In this document: positions 11,428 through 21,667 of the stretch, piece by piece
How positions within the stretch are numbered: the first letter of the stretch is position 1
Layout: the number at the start of each line of letters is the position of its first letter
Origin: Syntrophorhabdaceae bacterium
Lineage (GTDB): Bacteria > Desulfobacterota > Syntrophorhabdia > Syntrophorhabdales > Syntrophorhabdaceae
NCBI GenBank assembly: GCA_963665295.1
Contig: OY762209.1
Location: 2,880,001 to 2,944,000 of the forward strand
Direction of reading: 5' to 3'
DNA: 64,000 nt
The notes under the pieces: model-generated
Told to the model about the DNA's origin: nothing
The model's input: only the letters and a program-made list of their open reading frames with translations
The model's database searches: none
Made by a program: the position numbers and the translations under genes

Positions 11428-12090
11428 ATGGAAGAAATGACCCCGTTTCAATTCATGGAGTGTGCAACGATTCTGAAAGCCACAGGCAAGAAGGCCCGTG
11501 ACATACGGGAACTGAGGGAAACGATCGCCCTCATAGGGGAGGAAAGTCTGTTCCACCACACGTGCCAGTATTTCCTGAAGGGCCACGTGCTTGAGTATAC
11601 CAACGACTTCGCCCACTGGATCGGCGAAAGTCTCGAAGAACGGGCCCTGTCCGAGCGACTCTCCAATGTCGATCCTTTTGCGGTGAGAGATATGAGCCGA
11701 CTCCGGACGGAACTGCTTTTCAGTATTGATGATTATCTCGACCAGTTCCCTGAACCGAGGGCGGCGGTGGCAGGAGACGAATTTTACTTCAACGAGTCGG
11801 TGTCCATCATTTTTCCCTCGAATATTCAGGCAAGAAATCCAGCCGAATTTCTGATCGCCCTGAGGTATGTCGATCCAAGTTCCATCTACTATCATTTCTA
11901 TGAGGCGAGGATCCGTCACGATAACGATGACTTTTCCAGGTGGGTCGAAGACGTTCTTAAAGACAGGGAACTGGCGGGGAAGATCAGGGTCATCGATCCC
12001 TTCATGTACAGCATCGAGAGAATACGGTCACGTCTTGTGGAGGCAGTCGAAGACAACGTGAGACGGGATATGGAGGTGGTGTCGTCATGA
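11428..12090 (+). CDS. DUF5752-like protein (internally duplicated), TreT-associated
   Basis: Two repeats, S(L/I)(F/Y)xH...(N/D)DF(A/S)xW...L...(V/I)DPF; good RBS; ATGA overlap with the next gene. Confidence 0.8.
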   Translation: MEEMTPFQFMECATILKATGKKARDIRELRETIALIGEESLFHHTCQYFLKGHVLEYTNDFAHWIGESLEERALSERLSNVDPFAVRDMSRLRTELLFSIDDYLDQFPEPRAAVAGDEFYFNESVSIIFPSNIQARNPAEFLIALRYVDPSSIYYHFYEARIRHDNDDFSRWVEDVLKDRELAGKIRVIDPFMYSIERIRSRLVEAVEDNVRRDMEVVSS

Positions 12091-13304
12091 TCGATCGTTA
12101 TGCGGGCATTTCCCCCAAGGGGGACCTGGTTCTTCTGAAGCGGCTTGGAGAAAGGATGAGAGGCAGGTCCTTTCTCCACATCAATTCCACAAAGGAAGGG
12201 GGCGGTGTGGCGGAGATTTTGCACAGAATGGTGCCGCTCCTGGACGGTCTCGGGATCGACGTCCGGTGGGGGGTCATAGAAGGGGACGACGCTTTTTTCG
12301 ATATCACGAAGAAAATCCACAACGCCCTCCAGGGGAACCCGGAGGCCATAACCAAGGGTATGTGGGATTACCATTTTGAGATAAACAGAAAGAATGCGGA
12401 GACATTGGACCTCGATGCCGACGCTGTCCTGATTCACGACCCCCAGCCCGCACCTCTCATTGAATTCAAGAAGGGTGGTAAGTGGATCTGGCGATGTCAC
12501 ATCGATGTGTCGAATCCCATGAAAGAGGTGTACAGCCGTCTTTTCCGCTACGCCCGCAAATATGACGCCGCGATCTTTTCCGTGTCGAAATTTGCCCGGG
12601 CCATGGGTATTGACGAGTTCATCATCCCTCCCTCCATCGATCCCCTGAGTGAGAAGAACATCGAACTTTCCGACCAGGAGATTCACCAGGTACTGGAGAA
12701 GTTCGGCATCCCCCGGGACAGGCCGATAATCCTTCAGGTTTCCCGTTTTGACCGGTTCAAGGACCCCATAGGGGTGATAAAGGCCTTTCGGATCGCGGAG
12801 AAGTATAACGATTGCGTCCTTGTTCTTGCGGGGAGTCCTGCCACGGATGATCCGGAAGGGGAAGCGGTGCTGGAGGAAGTAAGGGAGTATGCCTCCAGCG
12901 ATCCCAACATCCACATCCTTCTTCTTCCGCCATTCAGCGACAGGGACATCAATGCCTTGCAGCGGGCCGCCACCGTGGTGCTTCAGAAATCCCTGAAGGA
13001 GGGGTTCGGCCTTACGGTTTCGGAGGCGATGTGGAAAGGCAAGCCTACTATCGGAGGGGCCATAGGGGGCATCCCCCTCCAGATACTGCATGGAGCAACC
13101 GGTTTCCTCGTCCATTCCGTAGAAGGGACGGCCTTCAGAATACGGCAGCTTCTCACTAACCCGGAAATGGCAAGAAAGATGGGGGAATTGGGCAAGGAGC
13201 AGGTACGCCACAATTTCCTCATCACAAGACAGACGCGGGACTATCTTTCCGTATGGTATGCCCTGGAAAACAGGGAAAACAACTGGCACGGTCTGACGGT
13301 ATGA
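12087..13304 (+). CDS. treT: GT4 glycosyltransferase, trehalose synthase TreT-like
   Basis: INSTKEGGGVAEIL, IHDPQP, WRCHID, QVSRFDRFKDP, QKSLKEGFGLTVSEAMWKG. Confidence 0.85.
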   Translation: MIDRYAGISPKGDLVLLKRLGERMRGRSFLHINSTKEGGGVAEILHRMVPLLDGLGIDVRWGVIEGDDAFFDITKKIHNALQGNPEAITKGMWDYHFEINRKNAETLDLDADAVLIHDPQPAPLIEFKKGGKWIWRCHIDVSNPMKEVYSRLFRYARKYDAAIFSVSKFARAMGIDEFIIPPSIDPLSEKNIELSDQEIHQVLEKFGIPRDRPIILQVSRFDRFKDPIGVIKAFRIAEKYNDCVLVLAGSPATDDPEGEAVLEEVREYASSDPNIHILLLPPFSDRDINALQRAATVVLQKSLKEGFGLTVSEAMWKGKPTIGGAIGGIPLQILHGATGFLVHSVEGTAFRIRQLLTNPEMARKMGELGKEQVRHNFLITRQTRDYLSVWYALENRENNWHGLTV

Positions 13305-15550
13305 GAATTACCATCCGCCTCATTGTCTCTCTCCTGATAGTGGTAGGGCTGGCGGTTTTTGTCTTTTCCCTGTATCAGGTGAGGAGCGAGGAGCGCCGCC
13401 TGGCGCGGGACCTTGAACGCAGGTCCCTTATCTTTGCCGAAAGCCTAAGGGAATCCGTGGCGCCCCTCATCGCGTCGAACAGGCCGGCCAGATTGAGCCG
13501 CATCGTGGAGCGCTTCGGCAATAGGGAGAGGCTGAGGGGAGTTGCGGTTTTTGACACAGAAGGCAGCATCCTTACCCTTACGGGTAATCTCAAATCAGCG
13601 ATCGCGCGCCCCTATCCTCTGGCCCTTGACGCGGTAATCGAGAAGCGGCCGACAGGGCGTTTTGCAATGATCGATGGGCGGCGCACCTACATATGCACGG
13701 TCCCTGTGGAGGGGGAAGACGGCGTGATCGTGGGTGCCCTGACGGTCTTCTACGACACGTCCTACATCGACGTCCGTCTACGGGAAATATGGAAGGACAA
13801 TGTTCTTCGTTTCCTTACCCTTTCCCTGCTGCTGGTTCTCAGCACGGTCCTTGTGGTGAGGTGGAGTATTACGGGACCCATAGCCCGGCTTGCCGGATGG
13901 GCCCGCGAGATGAGGACCCAACGGGGAGACGGGACGAGTCCCGTGGCCCCGTTGAGAGGAGATATGCTGGCGCCCCTCATTTCGGAGGTGACCAGTCTGG
14001 CGAAAAGCCTTGCCGTGGCCCGTTCCAGGGCGGACGAAGAGGTCAGGTTTCGCCTCGCGCCGGAATTCACCTGGACGTCACGGACCCTGAAAGAATATAT
14101 GAAAGTGGAGTTGGGTAACAGGAAACTGTTTCTCGCCTCGAACAGAGAGCCTTATATGCATGTAAAAGAGGGCTCAACGGTGAAATGGATAATCCCCGCG
14201 GGAGGTCTTGTAACCGCCCTCGATCCCTTAATGAAGGTGTGTGACGGCGTATGGGTAGCCCACGGCAGCGCCGACGCGGACCGTGAGTCTGTGGATGGAC
14301 GGAATACGGTGAGGGTGCCCCCGGACGATCCACAATATACCCTGAAGAGAATCTGGCTCACCAAGGACGAGGAGGACGGGTACTATTACGGCTTTTCCAA
14401 CGAGGGCCTGTGGCCCCTGTGCCACATCACCCATACCCGCCCCGTCTTCCGGCTTGAGGACTGGGTGTGCTACCAGAAGGTCAACGGGCTCTTTGCTGAC
14501 GCCCTCCTGGAAGAAATAGCAGGCGAAGAATCGCCCCTGGTCCTGATCCAGGATTATCACCTGGCCCTCGTACCCCTGTTGGTGAAACGGAAACGGCCCG
14601 ACGCAAAGGTGGCCCTCTTCTGGCATATCCCGTGGCCGAACCCCGAGTCCTTCGGCATCTGCCCCTGGCGACAGGAAATCCTTATCGGCATGCTCGGCGC
14701 GGACCTTTTGGGTTTCCATATTCAGTTTTTTTGCAACAACTTCCTGGATACGGTGGACAGGTTCCTGGAATCACATACGGACTGGGAACAGTTCCTGGTC
14801 AACCGCGGCGGCCACTCCACCCTGGTGAAGCCCTTCCCTATAAGCGTCGACTACCCTCCGCAATTGTCGGGAGAGGAGGCGCCGGACAAGGATACCGCCC
14901 GGGAGTCCATCTTGAAGGAATTGAATGTCGAGGCCCGATACGTAGGGGTCGGCGTGGACCGGATCGATTATACGAAAGGCATCCCGGAGCGTTTCAAAGC
15001 GGTGGAACGGTTGCTCGAGAAATATCCCGAATTGGTCGGGCAGTTCACCTTTATCGAGCTGGGCGCGCCGAGCCGCGATCATATAAGGAAGTACCGGGAA
15101 TTGCTGGCCGAGGTGGAAGAGATGGTGGAGAACATCAACTGGAGGTTCGAAACAAAGAAATGGAAACCCATCGTGTATCTGAAGGCCCATCACAGTCACG
15201 AAGAGATAGACCGGTATTACAGGGCGGCCGATCTCTGCATGGTGACTTCCCTTCATGACGGGATGAATCTCGTCGCGAAGGAATTCGTAATTGCACGTCC
15301 CGATGGCGACGCCGTACTCATACTCAGCCAGTTTGCAGGGGCTTCACGGGAATTGAAGGACGCCATGATTGTCAATCCCTATGATGTGGAGGAGATGGCC
15401 GAGGCCATTAAGGCGGCCCTCTCAATGACGCCCGCGGAGCGCGCCAAGCGCATGAAGCTCATGTATGACATGGTGAAAGAGAACAATATTTACCGATGGG
15501 CAGGCAAGCTGATTACCGCGCTGGCCCATGTGCGCGTACAGGCCGAATAG
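13301..15550 (+). CDS. otsA: Trehalose-6-phosphate synthase (GT20) with N-terminal TM-extracytoplasmic-TM-HAMP-like module
   Basis: [61 protein letters not shown]. Start at ATG 13301, overlapping the treT stop. Confidence 0.9.
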   Translation: MRITIRLIVSLLIVVGLAVFVFSLYQVRSEERRLARDLERRSLIFAESLRESVAPLIASNRPARLSRIVERFGNRERLRGVAVFDTEGSILTLTGNLKSAIARPYPLALDAVIEKRPTGRFAMIDGRRTYICTVPVEGEDGVIVGALTVFYDTSYIDVRLREIWKDNVLRFLTLSLLLVLSTVLVVRWSITGPIARLAGWAREMRTQRGDGTSPVAPLRGDMLAPLISEVTSLAKSLAVARSRADEEVRFRLAPEFTWTSRTLKEYMKVELGNRKLFLASNREPYMHVKEGSTVKWIIPAGGLVTALDPLMKVCDGVWVAHGSADADRESVDGRNTVRVPPDDPQYTLKRIWLTKDEEDGYYYGFSNEGLWPLCHITHTRPVFRLEDWVCYQKVNGLFADALLEEIAGEESPLVLIQDYHLALVPLLVKRKRPDAKVALFWHIPWPNPESFGICPWRQEILIGMLGADLLGFHIQFFCNNFLDTVDRFLESHTDWEQFLVNRGGHSTLVKPFPISVDYPPQLSGEEAPDKDTARESILKELNVEARYVGVGVDRIDYTKGIPERFKAVERLLEKYPELVGQFTFIELGAPSRDHIRKYRELLAEVEEMVENINWRFETKKWKPIVYLKAHHSHEEIDRYYRAADLCMVTSLHDGMNLVAKEFVIARPDGDAVLILSQFAGASRELKDAMIVNPYDVEEMAEAIKAALSMTPAERAKRMKLMYDMVKENNIYRWAGKLITALAHVRVQAE

Positions 15551-15584
15551 AGCCGCAAATACGGCGACAAGATAAAGGTGAAGA

Positions 15585-16373
15585 ATGGCGGGGGAGTATT
15601 TCTTTGAGAGATCTTCTTCGAAGTTGTGGCCCGGAGGGGCGAAGGTCTGTCTTTTTTTTGATTTTGACGGGACCCTTGTGCCGATCCGAAAGGACCCCGC
15701 AGCCTGTGTCCTCTCCCGTGAAGTGCGAGAGCGGCTGGCGCGTCTTACTGCATCTCGCGAGTGTATCGTGGCAGTGTTAAGCGGGCGGCCGTTGCCGGAC
15801 ATCAGGCAGAGGGTGGGACTTGACGACGTCTATTACGGGGGGCACCACGGTCTCGTTATCTCGGGTCCGGGCATGGATTTTGCCCATCCCTGTACCGCTG
15901 CTTCGCAAGACCTCGTCGGGGAGGTCCGCCGCGTGGTGGAAAAAGAGGTCCGGGCCATGAGAGGGGGCGCGTGGGTGGAAGACAAGGGGTTTTCTTTCGC
16001 TCTCCATTACCGGGGGACAGAGAAGGGCGTGAGCGTCCGTGTGAACGAGGTGTTCCATGACGTATTTTCCCGCACCCAGGGAAAGGAACATCTCACCATA
16101 CTCAAGGGGAAAAAGGTCATCGAGGTGATGCCTAACGCGGCGTGGGACAAGGGCAGGGCCTCACTGCTCATCCTGGATTTCCTTGCCGGTGGGTGCGTTC
16201 CCCTGTACGTGGGAGATGATGTCACTGATGAATCGGCCTTCACGGCGCTGGCGGAAAAGGGCGCTACCGTGCGGGTAGGCATGTCCAAAAGGACGGCGGC
16301 CCGGTATTATCTCAAGGGACAGTGGGAAATAGTGCGATTTTTGCGGGAGATAGAAACATCCTTGCAGGCTTGA
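15585..16373 (+). CDS. otsB: Trehalose-6-phosphate phosphatase (HAD IIB)
   Basis: FFDFDGTL, LSGR, EDKGFSFALHYR, WDKG, YVGDDVTDESAF. Confidence 0.92.
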   Translation: MAGEYFFERSSSKLWPGGAKVCLFFDFDGTLVPIRKDPAACVLSREVRERLARLTASRECIVAVLSGRPLPDIRQRVGLDDVYYGGHHGLVISGPGMDFAHPCTAASQDLVGEVRRVVEKEVRAMRGGAWVEDKGFSFALHYRGTEKGVSVRVNEVFHDVFSRTQGKEHLTILKGKKVIEVMPNAAWDKGRASLLILDFLAGGCVPLYVGDDVTDESAFTALAEKGATVRVGMSKRTAARYYLKGQWEIVRFLREIETSLQA

Positions 16374-16466
16374 CGTCCCGCAGACAGGCCCCTTCTCTCC
16401 GGGGACCATGGCCGGTGCGGGGTCATGCCGGCAGGAGAATGTTCATTTGCGGCAGGGGCGCCCTGT

Positions 16467-18569
16467 CTACACGAGGGCGAAATGGAGCAGGTTCTTTTCC
16501 ACGTCGGCGAGGACGACACGGACCCTTACCCTGTCGCCTATCCGGTATATCTTTCTCGTCCGCCTCCCTATGAGACGGTATTTCTCCTCCTGAAAGAGGT
16601 AATAGTCGTCGTAGAGTTCGGAGAGGAGGGCAATGCCCTCGACAAAGACATCAAAGGGTTCCACGAAGATGCCGTAGGATGTGATGTGGGTGATAATACC
16701 CTCATATTCTTCGCCGATCTTGTCTTTCATGAAGAGAACCCTGATCCTGTCCTCCAGTTCTCTTTCGGCGTCCATGGCGATCCTCTCCCTTTCAGAGAGG
16801 TGAATTGCCATTGCCTCCAGATCCTTTTCATTCTTGTGCCAGGGGCTTCCGTCGAGAGCGCTTTTCAACGCCCTGTGGCAAACGAGGTCGGGATAGCGGC
16901 GGATAGGCGAGGTGAAATGGAGATAGCACTGGGAGGCAAGGCCGAAGTGCCCCTTGTTCAGAGGCGAGTACCGGGCCTGTTTCATGGACCGGAGAAGTAC
17001 CCTGTTTATAAGAAACTCGTATTCCTTGCCTTTCACGTTATCGAGGATCGCCCTCAGGGCCTTTATGTCTTTTACATTGGTCTTGTGCGGGATCGAGAAA
17101 GTGTCGAGAAGTTTTTCAAGGTCCCTCAACTTTTCTTTCTCAGGCTGTTCGTGGACCCTGTAGATCGCGGGAACCTTGTTTTCCGACAGAAACCTCGCAA
17201 CGGCCTCGTTCGCGGCGATCATGAATTCCTCTATGATCCTGTGGGAAAAGAGCCTCTCCGCTCTCAATATGTCCTTCACGCCCCCTTCGATGTCGAGGAG
17301 CACCTCAGGCTCGGGCAGGTCGAAATCGAGACTGCCCCTCTGTTCCCTCTGGGCGGTCAGCAGGTTGGCGAGATCGGCCATGTGGGTGAGCATGGGGAGG
17401 ATTTCCTTGATTCCCTTTCTCGTCTTCCTGTCCTTCTTCACGAGGGCGTCTTCCACCTGCCGATAGGTGAGACGCGCTTTGCTCCTGATAATCGATTTGT
17501 GAAAGGAGGCTCCCGTAACGTCACCGTTCTTGCTGAACTGAATTTTCGCGGTGAGGGTGAGTCGGTCTTCGTCGGGATTCAGGCTGCATATTACGTTGGA
17601 TAGGGCCTTCGGCAACATGGGAAGGACCCTGCCGGGGAAATATATGCTCGTCCCCCTATCGTAGGCCTCGCGGTCAAGGGGCGAACCCTTTGCAACATAA
17701 TGGGACACATCTGCGATAGAGACATAAAGGGTGTAGCCCTTCCTGTCCTTTTCCACATAGACCGCATCGTCGAAGTCCTTGGCGAATTCTCCGTCAATGG
17801 TGACGTGGCGAGTCTCCCTTAAGTCGAGTCGGTCTTCGGCAGGTATGAAAAACGTGACCCCTTCCGCTTCCTGCTCCAGACCTTTCCTGAATTTCAAGGG
17901 AAGGTTATGCTTGTATTCCACGAACTGGGCTATGTACTCCATGGTGGAGAGGCCGGGAAAGACCTTGAGTATGGTGCACTCCGCCTCCCTGCCTTCATCC
18001 GGAAAACCTGTGACCCGTGCCGCCACAAGATCGCCGTCCTTCAGTTTTCTGTTCTTCGGACCGGTAATGAGGAAGTTGCGGGAAACTCTTTCGTCCTCAG
18101 GGACAAGGAAGGGGATGTTTTTGTTTGTCTTGATGAATCCCACTATGTTGCGCATCTTCCGTTGCGCGATCTTTATGATCTTCCCCTCTTTTCTCCCGCG
18201 TACCGCATGCTCGACCCGCGCCACGACCTTGTCACCGTGGAATGCGTTCTGGATATACCTCGAGGGGATGAAGATATCGCGCTCGCTCTCCCTGTCGGGC
18301 ACCACAAAGCCGTTCCCGCTCCGGGTACACCAAAGGGTGCCTGTTTCGAGATTCATCTCATGAGGGATACCGAACCGGTCGTTCCTGAGTCTCACGATGA
18401 GACCTTCCTGTATCATTTCTCTGAGGAGATTCCGTAATGGTTTTTTGTCTTGTTTGCGCAGATCGAAGACCCTCAGGAGGTCTGGAAAGCCGAGAGGTCT
18501 CTTCTCCTGTCGAAACGCTTTCAGGAGGTTTTCTTTACTGAGAGGCAGGATAGCAGTCTTTTTTTTCAT
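16467..18569 (-). CDS. rnr: Ribonuclease R
   Basis: TIDGEFAKDFDDA, SIADVSHY, IEEFMIAANE, HFTSPIRRYPDL, C-terminal S1 domain. Confidence 0.95.
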   Translation of the reverse strand: MKKKTAILPLSKENLLKAFRQEKRPLGFPDLLRVFDLRKQDKKPLRNLLREMIQEGLIVRLRNDRFGIPHEMNLETGTLWCTRSGNGFVVPDRESERDIFIPSRYIQNAFHGDKVVARVEHAVRGRKEGKIIKIAQRKMRNIVGFIKTNKNIPFLVPEDERVSRNFLITGPKNRKLKDGDLVAARVTGFPDEGREAECTILKVFPGLSTMEYIAQFVEYKHNLPLKFRKGLEQEAEGVTFFIPAEDRLDLRETRHVTIDGEFAKDFDDAVYVEKDRKGYTLYVSIADVSHYVAKGSPLDREAYDRGTSIYFPGRVLPMLPKALSNVICSLNPDEDRLTLTAKIQFSKNGDVTGASFHKSIIRSKARLTYRQVEDALVKKDRKTRKGIKEILPMLTHMADLANLLTAQREQRGSLDFDLPEPEVLLDIEGGVKDILRAERLFSHRIIEEFMIAANEAVARFLSENKVPAIYRVHEQPEKEKLRDLEKLLDTFSIPHKTNVKDIKALRAILDNVKGKEYEFLINRVLLRSMKQARYSPLNKGHFGLASQCYLHFTSPIRRYPDLVCHRALKSALDGSPWHKNEKDLEAMAIHLSERERIAMDAERELEDRIRVLFMKDKIGEEYEGIITHITSYGIFVEPFDVFVEGIALLSELYDDYYLFQEEKYRLIGRRTRKIYRIGDRVRVRVVLADVEKNLLHFALV

Positions 18570-18643
18570 AGTGTTGTTCTCTGAACCGCGCTGACGGTTA
18601 GCGTTCGGTACTATGCGCTGCCACTATCAACCCATGGTACTAA

Positions 18644-18735
18644 TGGCGGAGAGGCAGGGATTTGAACCCTGGGTACGGTTTTATCCGTACACTCGCTTAG
18701 CAGGCGAGCACCTTCGGCCTCTCGGTCACCTCTCC
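18644..18735 (-). tRNA. tRNA-Ser(GCT)
   Basis: Minus strand reads GGAGAGGTGACCGAGAGGCCGAAGGTGCTCGCCTGCTAAGCGAGTGTACGGATAAAACCGTACCCAGGGTTCAAATCCCTGCCTCTCCGCCA: anticodon loop CTGCTAA, long variable arm, encoded CCA. Confidence 0.97.
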
Positions 18736-18924
18736 ACTGGAGAAAGTATACTGATTTGAGTGCAAAAAGTAAATCATATTCATCAAGGCTTCGCGGGCAG
18801 TCATACGGATCCGTGTCCTATCGCGGCACGTGAGTTGACAACAGGGGTCAGGTTATATATCTTATAGTAGACCTATAGCAATGCTATAGTTAGAGGACAT
18901 TAACCGGCTTGACGGAGGTATGAG

Positions 18925-19215
18925 ATGGGGGAAGCAAAGAGCGGCCCGGAAGGAGGAGAGGATAGAGGCAAGGTCGAGGAATTCACCATGACCCTGAAGG
19001 TCCGTAACGGGGAAACAGGAGAAATCAGGACTTCCGGACCTGAGGAGGCAGAGACCTGGGATTGGCGGAACCCGGAGATATGGAGGGTGATAAGCGGATG
19101 GCAGGTCACCAGTTACAACCAACTGGTTTTTATACTCCATGAGAAAGCGAAGAAGGGCATCAGGGAGGTTGAACTGCTGGAAATACCCCGCTTTATGATG
19201 CTTTCCGGAGGATAG
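18925..19215 (+). CDS. Hypothetical protein (96 aa)
   Basis: GGAGG upstream and TTGACA at 18835; protein-like composition; no recognised family. Confidence 0.55.
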   Translation: MGEAKSGPEGGEDRGKVEEFTMTLKVRNGETGEIRTSGPEEAETWDWRNPEIWRVISGWQVTSYNQLVFILHEKAKKGIREVELLEIPRFMMLSGG

Positions 19216-19252
19216 GAACCGCATCCCCCCCATCAAAGGGTCCTGAAGAGGC

Positions 19253-20191
19253 CTACCTGGAAGGGTTATTGGATAATCTGAGAAAAGGCGGCTGGATCGA
19301 AACGGGCAGGTTGAGGAATTTCATGATCGCGGGCTGAAACTGCTGGTAGTACTGGTTTCCCTTGCCGGGGTCGGACGAGGGAAGCTCAAGGGTAAGGGTA
19401 AAAATATTCCTCTCCCGTCCCGCGTAGTTCCCGAGAGAGCCCGGGTAAAAGCCGTATTTCTTCAAGGGATGGTTCGTCTCCTGGCTCACCGTTTCCAGCC
19501 AGTTCGAGAATGAATCGAGGTCGGACGACGGCCCGTCGAAATCATACATATTCAAAGGCGAATGAACGGAGAGGATCTTCTGGGGCTTGAAGCGTTTGAT
19601 GAGGGCTATCTGGAACATCGTCTCCCGCTCGGAGCCGCCTTTCTTGCCCGGATAATAGCGTTTGTTCCTGTGGTATTTCCGTTCCCAATCCTGGAGCGCG
19701 CTTCCGGGAAACTCCTTGGTAGGAAAATTCCGGTTAATGTCCACACCCCTCGAATTGACCCTCCTGGGGGGTGTCGCGAAGAATCCGTCCGGGTTCACGA
19801 GGGGCGCGATAATGATGCACTTGTCCCTGAACAGGGCCGGGTTGGTGCGGATATACTGGGCAAGTCTCAACATGATATACACTGTGGGAGGCTCATCGCC
19901 ATGGACACCGCCAAGAAAGAGGGTGCAACTCGACTTCGGGCTGCCGAACTGGGCAAAGATCATGGGCCGCTTAAGTTCGCTGGTCCTGTAAAATTGCCAC
20001 GGCACATCGTCTGTCCGGATGTCCGTCCAACCCAGGGCCGTGCAACGCTGCCCGAGGGCATCGAGGAAAACCTTGAGTTCCTTTTTCTGAGAAGCCTCCG
20101 ACGCGGCCGCGTATCCTGAGGCGGCAAAAATTACCAGGAGGCAAAGGAACAGAGTTTTTATGGTTGTGACCGGGGACAGCCATATCTTCAT
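19253..20191 (-). CDS. Exported M14 zinc carboxypeptidase, murein peptide amidase MpaA-like
   Basis: Signal peptide; GGVHGDE, VNPDG, RVNSRGVDINRNFP, SERET, LSVHSP, PGSLGNY, TLELP. Confidence 0.85.
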   Translation of the reverse strand: MKIWLSPVTTIKTLFLCLLVIFAASGYAAASEASQKKELKVFLDALGQRCTALGWTDIRTDDVPWQFYRTSELKRPMIFAQFGSPKSSCTLFLGGVHGDEPPTVYIMLRLAQYIRTNPALFRDKCIIIAPLVNPDGFFATPPRRVNSRGVDINRNFPTKEFPGSALQDWERKYHRNKRYYPGKKGGSERETMFQIALIKRFKPQKILSVHSPLNMYDFDGPSSDLDSFSNWLETVSQETNHPLKKYGFYPGSLGNYAGRERNIFTLTLELPSSDPGKGNQYYQQFQPAIMKFLNLPVSIQPPFLRLSNNPSR

Positions 20192-20532
20192 TCCGTGTAT
20201 TTCACACCCATCACCTTCGAAATAAGTCAGACACCTGCACAGTCACATCGCCGTTTCCGCCAACGGACCGGCACGCGCGGTGCGAGATATACTATGCTTT
20301 TTGCGGTGGTAATTTCAATAGGTTCGTTACCCCGGGTAAGGCGCCTTTCCGCAGTCGGTATGGACGGGGCGACTTAAGGAGTTGACGAAAGGGTAGGCAA
20401 AGGTATATAAAATAAACGTTTTACCTTCGGCCTAACCGGGAGGGGTCCACTGTATCCCTTTGATTCAATGTTTAGATTAAAGGCAGGTTGATTGAATCAT
20501 GGAGTGAAAATTTACCGTAAAAAGAGGCGGAT

Positions 20533-20994
20533 ATGAAACGTTTTATTGTTATCTCAAGTATACTGGTGCTTTTCTTCGGCGTCCTTGTCCCTTCCGGGTC
20601 TGCGGGAACGCGTCTCAAGACCTGGACAGGCAGTCGGGGTTGGGGTCCTGAAGCCCCGTACGTGAAGCTTTATAACGGGAAGACCATGGAAAATGTCGAC
20701 GGCATAGTGACCGCAGTGCAGCGGTTCATTCCCGGCAGAGGCATGTCGGCAGGCGTACATCTTCTGGTAAGGGCAGGCGTTGAGGTGGTAGACGTCCATC
20801 TGGGGCCGCAATGGTATATCGAGAACCAGGATATCACCATTCAGCCCAAAGACCAGATAGAGGTAAAGGGATCGAGGGTCATGTTCCGGGGGCAGCCCGC
20901 CATAATAGCAGGGGAAGTGAAGAAAGGCGAGGATATTCTCAAGCTTCGGGACGACACGGGTTTTCCCGCATGGATTGCCTGGAGGAGACATTAA
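20533..20994 (+). CDS. Exported protein, probable OB-fold (HLGPxWY family)
   Basis: Signal peptide; VHLGPQWY...IEVKGSRV...LRDDTGFPAW. Confidence 0.7.
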   Translation: MKRFIVISSILVLFFGVLVPSGSAGTRLKTWTGSRGWGPEAPYVKLYNGKTMENVDGIVTAVQRFIPGRGMSAGVHLLVRAGVEVVDVHLGPQWYIENQDITIQPKDQIEVKGSRVMFRGQPAIIAGEVKKGEDILKLRDDTGFPAWIAWRRH

Positions 20995-21107
20995 ACCCGT
21001 TCCCACTGCACCCTGTTCCTGTCGGTCGGCTTATGGGGGGGGGCGGACATGCCCGGACCCCGGGTCTGTCGTTGATTTTCCTTGCAGCTCCGGGATAAAC
21101 TTAACCT

Positions 21108-21494
21108 GTGACCCTTTTTGAAACGTGGAGAGCCAGAGCCGGAGAGCTCGCCTCAGAAGTCCGGGCGTTGTACCTTTGTGCAAAGGACCCGCGAACACCA
21201 CTCCACGTGAAATGCCTTGCCGCTCTCATCCTCGGTTATGCCCTTAGCCCCGTCGATCTCATACCCGACTTCATTCCGGTCCTCGGATACCTGGACGATC
21301 TCATCCTGATCCCTCTGGGTGTCGCCCTTCTCGTAAAGACCATGCCTCCGGGACTGCTGGAGGAGTGCAGGGAAAAGGCGAGGACCATGTCCGATCCGGG
21401 GAAGGGAAAAGGCCGGTGGGCAGGGGCTGCTGCCGTCCTCCTGATCTGGGCCGCCTGTATTTACTTTCTCGTCCGTGGGGTATGCGCTTTGTAA
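21108..21494 (+). CDS. YkvA/DUF1232 family membrane protein
   Basis: DPRTP...YALSPVDLIPDFIPVLGYLDD. Confidence 0.9.
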   Translation: MTLFETWRARAGELASEVRALYLCAKDPRTPLHVKCLAALILGYALSPVDLIPDFIPVLGYLDDLILIPLGVALLVKTMPPGLLEECREKARTMSDPGKGKGRWAGAAAVLLIWAACIYFLVRGVCAL

Positions 21495-21667
21495 GGACGT
21501 GACAACCGCGCCGGGGCGGTTGCCCTCATTTTCAAAGTGGTTGACAATTACCCCCGGTTATGCAACAGTTTCAATAACGGGGAGGCCGGTTTCAGTCACG
21601 TGAGTCCCGCGTTTCGCAGTCGTGGGTCGCCCCTATGCCTTAAGGGCATCTTAGAGGGCGGTGTCGT

